Shown here: positions 43,053-53,115 of the stretch, piece after piece | How positions within the stretch are numbered: the stretch's first letter is position 1 | How the letters are laid out: each line of letters opens with the position of its first letter | Assembly (NCBI GenBank): GCA_963844715.1 | Contig: CAWJPJ010000008.1 | Coordinates: forward strand, 544,001-608,000 | Reading direction: 5' to 3' | Source of the DNA: an uncultured Phycisphaerales bacterium | Lineage (GTDB): Bacteria; Planctomycetota; Phycisphaerae; Tepidisphaerales; Tepidisphaeraceae | DNA: 64,000 nt | Program-made: the position numbers and the translations under genes | The notes under the pieces: generated by a model | Told to the model about the DNA's origin: nothing | Database searches by the model: none | Seen by the model: only the letters and a program-made list of their open reading frames with translations

Positions 43053-44236
43053 ATGATGCCAGTCGCCGTTCCCGTAAAGCCCTCGAAGACGGCTCCGCCA
43101 CGGCTTTTGGTCGTGGATGATGAATCGAGCCTGATCGACCTGGTGGGCGATGCCGTCGAACGCAATCTGGAATGCCGACTGAGCACGGCGGGCACGATTG
43201 CCGAGGCGCGGCAAATCCTGGCTAAACAACCCGTTGATCTCCTGGTGGTGGATTTGAATCTTCCCGACGGGTCGGGGACGGATTTGCTGGCCGATCTGCG
43301 GCGGAAATATCCAACCGCGGGGGCGATTGTCATTACCGGGACTCCGACTTACGAGCGTGCGGTATCGGCGCTTCGCGAGGGGGCGGTGGATTTCCTGGCC
43401 AAGCCATTCCGAATCGACGATTTTCTGCACCGGTTGCGAACGGCCTTGCATCGGCAAAACCTCATCGCGAAAAACGAAACACGAATCGACCGGCTGCGCG
43501 ACGCGGTGCGGCGCCTGAACGAGGCGCGCAAGGTGGTCGCCAAGAAAGTCGATCTGCTTTGCAACGATCTGATCAACGCCTACGGCGATCTTTCGCGGCA
43601 ACTGGATACGGTGCGCATCAGCGAATCTTTCCGGGCGCGATCCACAGCGCGGACGATCTGGAGCAGATGCTTTGCCACGCGATGGACTGGCTGCTGCGGC
43701 AGATTGGATACGCGAATGTGGCGATCTGGCTGGCGGCGGAGCCGGGGTTCCAGCTTGGGGCGTATATGAAATATACGATTCCCGGAGAGACGGCGCTGAT
43801 CGAGGCGATGCGGCGGAATCTTTTGCCGCTGGTTGTCCGCGACGGACTGGTGCATCTGAGCGCGTCGGAAATACCGAGCAAGCTCAGCGATGAAGAGTCG
43901 CTGTATCTGCGCGGGCAGACGGTGCTGGCTTCGCATTGCACTTATCTTGGGGAATCGCTGGCGCAGATCATTCTGTTCCGGGACGGGGACAAGCCGTTCA
44001 CCGGGGCCGACATCGCGACGCTTCGGACGATTGGGCCGATTTTCGCGGTGACGCTGGCGACCATGGTTCGGCAAGGGCCGACCGACGAGGATGAAGAGGG
44101 GAACGACAATCCATTTTATGATGGGGGCGGCGGTTCGCTGGCGGAGGATGAGGGGGACGGTCCGCCGAAGAAGCCGCGGAAACCGCGAAAAGATGACGGG
44201 GATTGGTGGAAGCGCGGGGAAGAGCCGCCATTCTAG
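43053..44236 (+). CDS. Response regulator with coiled coil and GAF-like C-terminus (frameshift near 43640)
   Basis: LLVVDDE, VDLNLPDG, FLAKPF; ends in an acidic tail and WWKRGEEPPF. Confidence 0.82.
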
Positions 44237-44323
44237 GTTATACAACTCACTCAACGCCAACGGGTAGCCCTCCGATGAACTCGGGGCGGCCATCCGGCGG
44301 CATTTTTGCTCTCCAAAACATAA

Positions 44324-44352
44324 TTGCCGGTTCGCGGGATAGCCGATATGAT
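44324..44352 (+). promoter_or_regulatory. Sigma70-like promoter of the 6S-like RNA
   Basis: TTGCCG-17 nt-TATGAT. Confidence 0.65.
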
Positions 44353-44357
44353 TTTTG

Positions 44358-44580
44358 CGTACGATTGTACTGCGGAAATAAGTGATTGGAGAGTTCTATT
44401 TGGTTAAACCTATAAAAACCCTTTAGGGGATAGCCGCCGCCGCAACGCAGGCCCGGGACCGAAATGACCGGGAAGTGGCGAGGCGGAAAACGGGAGAACC
44501 CTCCCGCCTCGGTCTATCACCCACCTTATTATGAGGGTTTGATCAATCGCTCTCACACGATTTTCGCGGTTCCGATACGT
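44358..44580 (+). ncRNA. ssrS: 6S RNA candidate
   Basis: Long rod: 44372-44379/44560-44567, GAGAG/CTCTC, TTGGTTAAACC (44400-44410)/GGTTTGATCAA (44536-44546), A/U-rich central bubble, GGGGATAGCCG/CGGTCTATCACCC; own promoter and terminator. Confidence 0.7.
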
Positions 44581-44583
44581 CAG

Positions 44584-44615
44584 CGCCCGCCCATCAAAAG
44601 GCGGGCGTTTTTTTT
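44584..44615 (+). terminator. Intrinsic terminator
   Basis: CGCCCGCC-8 nt-GGCGGGCG then T8. Confidence 0.8.
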
Positions 44616-44644
44616 GGGTTCGATTGTGGGTACAACTCCCGCCC

Positions 44645-45839
44645 GTGGAAGCGCATCTGCCTCTTTATCGCGACTTGATGTTGATATTCGTCGCCGCCGT
44701 GGTCGGGGGATTGGCGGCGTGGCGGCTGCATCTTCCGCTGATCGTGGGGTACGTGGTGGGGGGGATCGCCATCAGCCCGTTCACGCCGGGCGTCAAAATC
44801 CACGACGTGCACGTCTTCGAGGAACTGGCGGAAGTCGGCGTCGTGCTGCTGATGTTTTCCATCGGCGTGGAATTCTCGCTCAAAGATCTGCTCAAAGTGA
44901 AATGGGTCGCGGGGTTGGGAGGACCGATCGGAATCGCGATGTCGATCGGACTGGCCTTTCTGCTGGGGAAAGTTTTGCGTTGGACGACGGCGCAAAGCTT
45001 CGTGATCGGCGCGGCGCTCTCGGTTGCCAGCACGATGGTGCTGGCCAGGTTTTTGACGGATCGGGGCGCGCTGAGCACGACATGGGGGAGGGTCACCATC
45101 GGGATCACATTGGTTGAAGACCTGGCGGTTGTGCTGATGACGGTGCTGATCCCGTCCTTCGCGGGATCGGGAGAAGGGCAATGGGCGAAGGTGGGATGGG
45201 TGCTCGGCAAGGCGATCGTCCTGCTGATACCGCTGGGGTTTTTCTCGATGAAGATCATTCCGATCGTTCTGCGCCGGGTCGGAAAAACGGGGGATGACGA
45301 ATTGATGCTGCTGGCCGCGGTGGCGATCTGCCTGGGGACGGCGGCGCTGGCGTATACGGTCGGTTTTTCATTGGCGCTGGGGGCGTTCCTGGCGGGGCTG
45401 GCGATCAGCGGGTCTCAAGATTTGCATCACTGCGCACGAGAAACTGATTCCGCTGCGCGATGCGTTTGTGGCGATGTTTTTCGTCTCGCTGGGCACGCTG
45501 ATCGAGCCGGAGGTGCTGCGGCACAGCCTGCCCCTGCTGGCGGCGATGATCGGGTTGATTATCGTCGGGAAGTTCGCCGCGTGGGTGATCGTGGTGGCGA
45601 TTTTCCGGTATCCGATGCGAACGGCGATTGCGGCGGCGGCGGGGCTTACGCAAATTGGGGAACTTTCGTTCGTTGTGGTTCGCACGGCGCGGGCGGTGGA
45701 TATGGTCGGCGACGACGTCTTTAACGCTACTTTGGCGGCGTCTCTTATTTCGATTTTCCTGAACGTATTTATCGTGCGGATTGCGTGGAAAGGGCTTGCC
45801 GGCACCAATAATAGCGATTTTGCTCATGCCACGGCCTGA
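44645..45839 (+). CDS. Cation:proton antiporter, CPA2 (KefB/YbaL-like) membrane domain (frameshift near 45430)
   Basis: AEVGVVLLMFSIGVE, SVASTMV, LVEDL, ALGAFLAG, LRDAF, QIGELSF. Confidence 0.9.
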
Positions 45840-45864
45840 GATATTTCCTGACGCTGGGTAATGT

Positions 45865-45893
45865 TGCAACTTGATGTCTTTTTGGGCGTCTTA
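45865..45893 (+). promoter_or_regulatory. ECF-sigma-like promoter
   Basis: TGCAAC-N16-CGTCTTA upstream of an exported protein gene. Confidence 0.45.
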
Positions 45894-45984
45894 TTCTTAT
45901 GGCGGCATTGGTTTGAAGCCGAGAATGCCCATATAATCGCCTATTAATGTGGTCAGGGTCGCAGACGCTTTAGAGAGGATCGCG

Positions 45985-47810
45985 ATGAATCGCAGCGGGT
46001 TGGCGGGAATCATGTTAGCTGTGGCGGCAGGGCTGGCCATGCCGGCGATGGGTCAGTTGCGCGTGGGCGGGGACGGGCATGCTACGGACGCCAATACGCA
46101 AGTGGGGAGCGGCGGATATAACGCCGCGGAGGCGGCGCCTTCGGTTACGCCCAACGATATCACTTACGGAAACGTGACGGGAGGATTCCAATTCCGCGGG
46201 CGTCTCCCTACCGCGTTTACCGATCCAAGCGGATTCTCCCAGCCATTGCCGGGCGAGCAGTTGGATGCCTTCGATCGTGAATCACCCGGGGTCCCCACGC
46301 TGGACCACCCGTCGGTCACCGCGAATTATACGGGTCCTCACGCGTTCTATTCGCGAACCGACAGTCCCACGATTCCCGAGGGATTTGTCCCCAGCAACGC
46401 TGCCAGCGGGAACTTTTTGGCCGCGGCTGCCGCCGACGCAACAGGATCTTTCGGTCGATCTTCGGCTGGGCGCGCCGATGGATTTCAATGCGCCTCTGCC
46501 CAAGCCGGGCGATCTGATGATTCCGGGGCAAGTGGATACGATGGCGCAGGCGAATCCGACAAATCCCACGCCGCCGGTTTATTTCATGGCGTCGCCGCTC
46601 TACGGCGTGCGGCAATTGAGTCCCGACCAGAATTCTCCGGACAATACCAATCCCCAGAGCGCTTCGGGGCAGACGGGGACGGGCTTTACCCCGTTTGGCA
46701 CGCTGGGTCAGCCGAATTTGCGGCAACAGCAGATTCAGAAGATGCAACAGGAGTTGAGCCAGAGCGTCAAGGGACAAGGACAGAGTTCGTCGTCGTCGAG
46801 CGCGAATTTGTCGCCGTCGGCGCTGGCGCCTTTGACGCCGGGGAATATGAATCCGAACAATCCGACTCAGCAGAATCCGAATCAGCCGCTTTCGCAACTG
46901 GCGGTTGGGGCGACGCCGGTCGCACCAACGGTGATGACGCCGACGGCGGGGGATATGTCGACGTCGCCGCTGGGCAGTCCCGACGTCCAGGCGCTTTTGC
47001 CGGCGCCGGCGGATCAGAGCACGCAAATTGCGACGCTTCAGCAAAGGATGAGTGCGTACAACAAGGCGCATCCCGCGAGCGAAGATCAGACCAATCAGGA
47101 TTTCCTGACGAATTTGCAGAAGCGTGAAGGGGCGCTGAGTCCGGCGGGTCAGAACCCCGCGGGCCAGACGCCGGGCGCGGAAAATCCGAGCGGGGCGGGC
47201 GGGCCGGAATCGACGACGGTTCTGCCGACGCCGACCGGGATCGCGGTTGCGCCGCCGATGGTTGCGCCGTCGAGCGCGCCGCCTCCGACGCCGATGCAGA
47301 TCAAAAGTTTGTCCGAAGGGATCGCATCGAAGAGCCTTGCGGACCTGCTGAAGAAATCGGAAGATCAGACGTGCGCGCGGGGAATATGCCAAGTCGATCG
47401 AAGGATACGACGAAGCTTCCGCGGTCGCGCCGAACAATGCGCTGATTCCGCTGGGCGGCGCGAATGCGGAGCTCGGCGGTTCGTACTACAGCCAGGCTGA
47501 GGCAGACATTCGCCTGGCGTTCAGGCAGGATTCATCGCTGCTGCTGGCGCAATACGATTTGAAGGGGATACTCGGCGAGAAGCGATTGGTGTATGTGATA
47601 AACGATTTGAAGCAATTGGCGAGCGACTCGCCGCAGAATCCGACGCCGGTATTTCTGCTGGCGTACATCGCGTACAACACACATCATGAAGATCGGGCAT
47701 CCGGGTGGCTGGACGTCGCGTTTCGCCGGTCCGGCGGGAACGACGACGTCATACCGATGCTGAAGAAGTACTGGACGTTCACGCCATCGGCGCCGACGAC
47801 TCAGCCATAA
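45985..47810 (+). CDS. Exported Pro/Gln-rich protein with C-terminal TPR (frameshifted)
   Basis: Signal peptide, GGDGHATDAN..GNVTGG motif, low-complexity middle, TPR-like C-terminus ending PTTQP. Confidence 0.7.
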
Positions 47811-47838
47811 ACTTTTCAAATTGCGAAACCGCTTAGAG

Positions 47839-47881
47839 CACTTCATCTGTTTTGTAGAGGCTACAAAACAGATGAGACTGC
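47839..47881. terminator. Perfect AT-rich hairpin (possible bidirectional terminator or operator)
   Basis: CATCTGTTTTGTAG-AGG-CTACAAAACAGATG, 14-bp perfect IR. Confidence 0.55.
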
Positions 47882-47908
47882 TTTAAATCGCGCTGGTGGA
47901 AATTGCGC

Positions 47909-47992
47909 AAAAAAAGGCCCCGGACGGGGGGATCCGGGGCGTAACTCCCTTTGATAGGGAGGTCGTCCAAGGGGGTGCTTGGACGGTTGAGG
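47909..47992 (-). ncRNA. Candidate sRNA with three hairpins and C-rich loops
   Basis: CGUCCAAG-CACCCC-CUUGGACG, CUCCCU-AUCAA-AGGGAG, GCCCCGGA-UCCCCCCG-UCCGGGGC-U7. Confidence 0.5.
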
Positions 47993-48047
47993 ACTGTAAG
48001 TTGCCGGGGGAATATGAAGCTGAAAAAAACCCGCTTGAACCCCCGAC

Positions 48048-48130
48048 AAAAAACGGCTCCGACAGCAACGTCGGAGCCCTCATGGCTCATGTACTGCTAT
48101 GCCTGGCACCCTCGACAGGCAATCAACGAG
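48048..48130 (-). ncRNA. Candidate ~80-nt sRNA
   Basis: Promoter TTGCAA (48163-48158)-17 nt-TAGTAT (48140-48135); terminator GGCUCCGAC-GUUGCU-GUCGGAGCC-GU6; no ORF between them. Confidence 0.55.
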
Positions 48131-48448
48131 GAACATACTATTCTCCCCCATCCCAAATTGCAAGGTAGATACGAAAAATATAGTCATTTTTTACTTCGTT
48201 GTCGTTACAGGACTTGCGGTAAGTATTCCGCATTTCGCCTGCAAGAACGGCATAAGTTGGGCCGGCGGAAGACCCTAACGGCCGATAACCGGCGGAAACT
48301 CCGGCACGGGCGGCGAGGGTCTCAAAGACAGCGGGCGGTGCGCCAATATCCTGCCAAAACCCCCGCAGACTACCGCTTTTGGCCAACCTTCGCGGCTGGT
48401 ACGGACGATTCCAGTACCCAGCCAGTGGGAACTTTTTGGAGTCGCTTT

Positions 48449-48550
48449 ATGAGGCCCATGATTGTGTCCATCGTTACTCAGGTCGCGGAGCTGACCGTCT
48501 TCTTCGCTGCGGCGATTCTGTTAGCCAACGGATTGCTCGGTTGGCGCTGA
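48449..48550 (+). CDS. Small hydrophobic single-TM peptide (33 aa)
   Basis: GGAG upstream; MRPMIVSIVTQVAELTVFFAAAILLANGLLGWR. Confidence 0.4.
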   Translation: MRPMIVSIVTQVAELTVFFAAAILLANGLLGWR

Positions 48551-48666
48551 ATTACATAATCGAGACCGCCTTAAGAGGGCGGGGGGTCGGTTAATGTTTC
48601 TTAATCTGCTTGAACACTTCACTATCTGTCTTACACTTGCGGGGCGCTACGTGTTGGGACTGATCT

Positions 48667-49535
48667 ATGAGTGGAGTGACTTTGCAGCGGACCGCGGACC
48701 CGACCATCCAGACTCCCGCGGTTCCGCGGCCTGTCCTACCGCCGGGCACCACGGCAACGCCCCCCGACTTGATTAACCAGGCCGAAGTGCTGATCGAAGG
48801 GCGCGGGGTCAGCGTTTTCTACGGACAACACGAAGCGATCAAAACCGTTTCCCTGGCGATGCCGAAGAATCGCGTCATCGCGATGATCGGGCCCAGCGGG
48901 TGCGGGAAGAGCACGTTCCTGCGCTCGATCAATCGGCTGAACGATCTGATTCCGGGCTGCCGGGTCGCGGGCGAACTGATGATCGGCGGGGCAAACGTCT
49001 ACGACCCGAAAGTCGACCTGGTGGCTCTTCGCAGGCAAGTCGGCCTGGTCTTTCAAAAGCCCAATCCATTTCCGAAATCAATCTTCGACAACATCGCGTA
49101 CGGCCCGCGTTTGCAGGGGGTCACCCGGCGCAGTGAGCTGAACGAGGTCGTGGAGGACTGCCTGCGAAAGTCCGCGCTGTGGGAGGAAGTGAAGGACCGG
49201 CTGCACTCGAGCGCCTTGGGGATGAGCGGCGGGCAGCAGCAGAGGCTGTGCATCGCGCGGCGCTGGCGACGAAGCCGACGGTCCTGCTGATGGACGAGCC
49301 ATGCAGCGCCCTGGACCCGATCGCGACGACGAAGATCGAGGACCTGATCACGCAGTTGAGGGAGAATTACACGATCGTGATCGTGACGCACAACATGCAG
49401 CAAGCGGCGCGGGTGAGCGATTTCACGGCTTTCTTCTACATGGGGTTGCTGGTAGAATACAATGCCACGTCGGCGATGTTTACCAACCCAATCCAGAAGC
49501 AGACCGAAGACTATGTCACCGGGCGCTTTGGATGA
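48667..49535 (+). CDS. pstB: Phosphate ABC transporter ATP-binding protein (frameshift near 49260)
   Basis: [64 protein letters not shown]. Confidence 0.96.
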
Positions 49536-49565
49536 TGGGGGCTGATCGGCGGTTCCGGGAAATCT

Positions 49566-50224
49566 ATGTCGCACCATCTGGAAGATCTTCTGGACGACCT
49601 GCGAGCGCAAGTGGCGAGAATGACCACCACGGTGCTGCAGGTTGTCGAGCAGGCGTGCGAATCCGTCTTCACGGCCGATCCGCAACTGGCGCAGCAGACC
49701 ATCGCGCTGGACGAGCGGGTGGACGAAACCGAGGTCAAGGTCGAAAAAAGCGCGATCGATCTCCTGGCGCTTCAGCAGCCGGCGGCGGTCGATCTGCGAA
49801 CGGTGACGACCATCATCAAGGTCAACGCGGATTTCGAGCGGATCGCGGATTGCGGCGTGAATATCGCCCAGCGGATGCTCCCGCTTTCGCATCAGGGGGC
49901 GTACCGGCGCCGCCGGACTTGCGGCTGATGGCCAATACGGTGCTGGGGACCCTGCGCGACACGATCAAGGCCTTTAATTTGCGGGATGAGGCCCTGGCCC
50001 GCCACGTACTTAAGAGCGACGACGTGGTGGATGCGCTGTATCACCAGATCGTGCAGGACATGCTCTCGCTGATGGAGACGGACGGGCAGCGGGCGAATCG
50101 CGATCTGGGGAACATCATGATCGCCAAGAATCTCGAGCGGATCGCGGATCATTGCACGAATATCGCCGAAGACGTCGTCTACATTCACACCGGGCGAATC
50201 ATTCGCCATCTGCACGCGGTGTAG
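49566..50224 (+). CDS. phoU: Phosphate signalling protein PhoU (frameshift near 49905)
   Basis: QQPAAVDLR, FERIAD, DDVVD, LERIADHCTNIAEDVVY. Confidence 0.95.
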
Positions 50225-51798
50225 GGTTGCCGGGGGTTTGCCGCCATTGAATCTTGCCGTTGCTTAGCGTCAAAGCGGCCGTGGGGTGTCCATCGCGGTC
50301 CAGCGGGCTGCGGAAAATGTGCCATAGCGTGGTGGTGTCAGGGAGATCGAAATCCGCCGGCTTTTTGGCCCGGTTGATGAGATTGGAATTGGCCCAGGGC
50401 GGGGGATTGTTGACGTTCGAACTCCATTCGGCGCGCCAATCTTCGATCCATCCGGCGCGGATGACGCGATCGAGAGTGATCACTTGTTTCGGATCGGCGT
50501 TGAAGACCGCGAAGATGGGGTCCCACAAAAGGATGACGCCTGGCGAAGGATGGTCGATGTTGGCCTGGCACCATCTTTCGACGCGATCGTTTCCGGCGGG
50601 GCCGACGTCGAGATAGTAGAAAATCCCGGGATGATCGCTGAGGACGCGGGGATAGCTTTCTTTTAGCGGGCCGGCGAGATACCAGGCGACGGCCCGGTGG
50701 GCCTGCTGCCAGCTATTTTCCTCATCCACCGGGAGAATCCGCCAGGGGAAGTTGACCAGTCCCGTGGCGACGGCGGCCAGCGCCGCCCAGGAGGCGGCGC
50801 GGGGCCAGGAGAAGAAATCAAAAATCCATTCCCAGCCCTGCGCGGTGAGGATTCCCCACATGGGGGCGGCGACGAGGAGATAGCGCAGCTCGCCGCTGCT
50901 GGAGAGCATGCCGCGCCAATAAAGGAGGCTGTGTCCCAGCAAAATCGCCAGTGGAGCGGCGGCCAGGAGAAAGGCGACCCTGCCACGATGATTGGTCCCG
51001 ATCAAATCGCGCCAGTGCGATAGACCCAGGCCCATTCCGATCCACATGGCGGGCAGTGCAAAGGGGCCGATGACCATGGGTAGGAGAATAAAGAAATGGA
51101 AAACGGAGCCGGGGGGATATTCGCTGCCGGATTCGTAGGGCCAGTGGTCGATGAGCCAATGATTCCAGGTGGAATCAGGCGTAAATCGATTTCCCAGGGC
51201 GGCTCCAGGCGAGAATTCCGGCCGGAAGAAGTAGAATCCAGGCGAAACGGCGATGGGCGATCAGGGCGAGAAGAACGATGGGCAGAAGAGCGAACCCTTC
51301 GGGCCGGGCGAGGGGGGAAATCGCGGCCAGCGCGGTCATCCATCCCCATTGCCGGCGCTGATAGGCCAGGAGCGCCAGGCCCAAAAGCAAGGCGAAGGGG
51401 AGTTCCGTCAACTCTGAAAATGAATGGAGAAACAGGAGAGGCTGGCCGAATGTGAAGATGGCGGCCAGTGCCGGGCGGCGCATTGCCTGCCCTTTGGCGA
51501 TGGCTTGCGCGACGCCGGCGGTGGCGACGGCGATGCAAAGGCTCACCAGGCGAGCGCCGATCAGGCCGCCGATTTTTGCGCCAATGGCGAGCAGAAAGGT
51601 GCAGACCGGGCGGCCCCAGACGTCGAGCAGATAGGGCGGATAGTCGAATGCGTGGCGGGCCAGGACGTAGTGCATTCCGCCGTCGGCTTCGAGAAATCCG
51701 CGCGAGCGCACGGCGGCGGCAATCGAGCAGACGGCGAAGCCGGCGGCCGCGAGCCAGAAGGTGCGCTGGGATTGCGCGGGACGGGCGGTCGTCGTCAT
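50199..51798 (-). CDS. Polytopic membrane protein, GT-C (ArnT/PMT-like) glycosyltransferase (frameshifted)
   Basis: Loop-1 acidic motif FLEADGGMHY, ELTELPFA, ARPEG, LRYLL; ATGA overlap with the rnfD-like gene. Confidence 0.65.
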
Positions 51799-53003
51799 AC
51801 CAGCGTCCGGGGACGCAAGGTCCGGTCGAGTGTGGGCGTGAGCAGGCTGACCAGCAGCAGGGCGATGTACGGAGCGACCGAGGCGAACACATACAATTGA
51901 AGGATCGCGGAAAGCGCGCCCAGCCCGATGGCGAAGATGGAACGGCCGCGGCGCGTGATCGGGCGCTGACCGGCGGTGTTGGCCAGGAAGAAGATCGTCA
52001 ACAGGAGCGGCGAGGAGAGGAGGGCATAGTTCATGAAGGTGATGGCGACCGGCAAGCCGAGATAATGGGGGCGAAAGGCCAGCCAGTGGAATTCCGTGCC
52101 GGTAGTGGTGATGACCACGGGGATGGGCAGGACCAGGAAGCAAAAGATGGCGGCGGCGAGGGAGAGGATGATGAGGCGAAAGTCGATCAAGCCGCGATAG
52201 AGGAGGAAAAGACCGCCCACGATCAGGGCGATGGCGCTGCCGCAGCCGATGGATGCGCATTGGCCGCCGATGATCAGGTCTTCAAGCGGGGGCATCTGGT
52301 CGCGGATGAGCATTTGCAGCGTGATGGACGAGCGATCGGGGCGCAGTTGCGCGGAGGTATAGGCGAGCAATTTTTCCGACGCGGGGACCATCTGGAGGGC
52401 GTCGACATCGGGGCCGCCGGCGCCGCGGGAAACGACGATCCAGGCGCCTTTTTCGGTGACCGATTCGGCGGGGGCGGATTTCAAGAGATCGCCCCAGACC
52501 ATGCGGTCGATGCGCAAAACGCCGCGCGGGGAAAGGGCGTCGTGGAAGAGGACGAACAAGATAAGAAGGGTCACGACGGCGGGTTGAATGCGCTGGGTTC
52601 CCATTCCGCCCAGGAGCCAGATGAGCATGGCCAGGAGCATTCCCGCGGCCGGGAGGATGGGCCAGACGATGCGGCCGTCGATGGGGCCAAGCGTGAAAAG
52701 TTGAGCTGGCAGCATGAGGGCGAGAACGAGGGCCATCCAGAGGCAGTGCCAGAGGTTCATCTGCCTGCCGCGCCACCCGATTCTGCGCCAAATCGCGCCG
52801 GCGGCGAGGGAGCTGAGGACGATCGCGGCGGTGGTGCCGATGGCGCGCCAGCCGAAGAGGAAGAACCCGGCCGTGAGAGGAAAGAGCGTGGCCAGGATTT
52901 CGAGGGAGACGAGGGTGCCGACTTCGATCCCGCTGTGGAGTGGAGTGAGGATGGCAGGAATTTCGGGCGCGGCGACGGGAGGCGATGTTTCCAGTTGCGG
53001 CAT
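51795..53003 (-). CDS. RnfD/NqrB-like membrane protein, divergent
   Basis: FLFGWRA, LALMLP, LLGGMG..IQPA, GGQCASIGCGSAIALIVGGLFLLYRGLID, RPITRRGR; no S/T-G-A-T FMN motif. Confidence 0.8.
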   Translation of the reverse strand: MPQLETSPPVAAPEIPAILTPLHSGIEVGTLVSLEILATLFPLTAGFFLFGWRAIGTTAAIVLSSLAAGAIWRRIGWRGRQMNLWHCLWMALVLALMLPAQLFTLGPIDGRIVWPILPAAGMLLAMLIWLLGGMGTQRIQPAVVTLLILFVLFHDALSPRGVLRIDRMVWGDLLKSAPAESVTEKGAWIVVSRGAGGPDVDALQMVPASEKLLAYTSAQLRPDRSSITLQMLIRDQMPPLEDLIIGGQCASIGCGSAIALIVGGLFLLYRGLIDFRLIILSLAAAIFCFLVLPIPVVITTTGTEFHWLAFRPHYLGLPVAITFMNYALLSSPLLLTIFFLANTAGQRPITRRGRSIFAIGLGALSAILQLYVFASVAPYIALLLVSLLTPTLDRTLRPRTLV

Positions 53004-53028
53004 GAAGGGGGTATTAAACCGGTAGGGG

Positions 53029-53115
53029 AGAATAGTTGCCAGTTGCGAGTTGCCAGTTGCCAGCGAAGACGGGCTTTCCACTGGCAACTGGCAACTCGCA
53101 ACTGGCAACTATTCT
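53029..53115. repeat. Perfect 35-bp inverted repeat made of AGTTGCC heptamers
   Basis: Arms 53029-53063 and 53081-53115 are exact reverse complements. Confidence 0.92.

Noticed and set aside
44358..44615. c-di-AMP or other riboswitch upstream of the CPA2 antiporter
   Set aside because: Riboswitch consensus elements not recognised; end-to-end rod pairing fits 6S RNA better
47964..47990. Similarity of the C-loop sRNA hairpin (CCGTCCAAGCACCCC) to the repeat at ~1932
   Set aside because: Only ~14 nt with a gap in C-rich sequence; not distinguishable from chance
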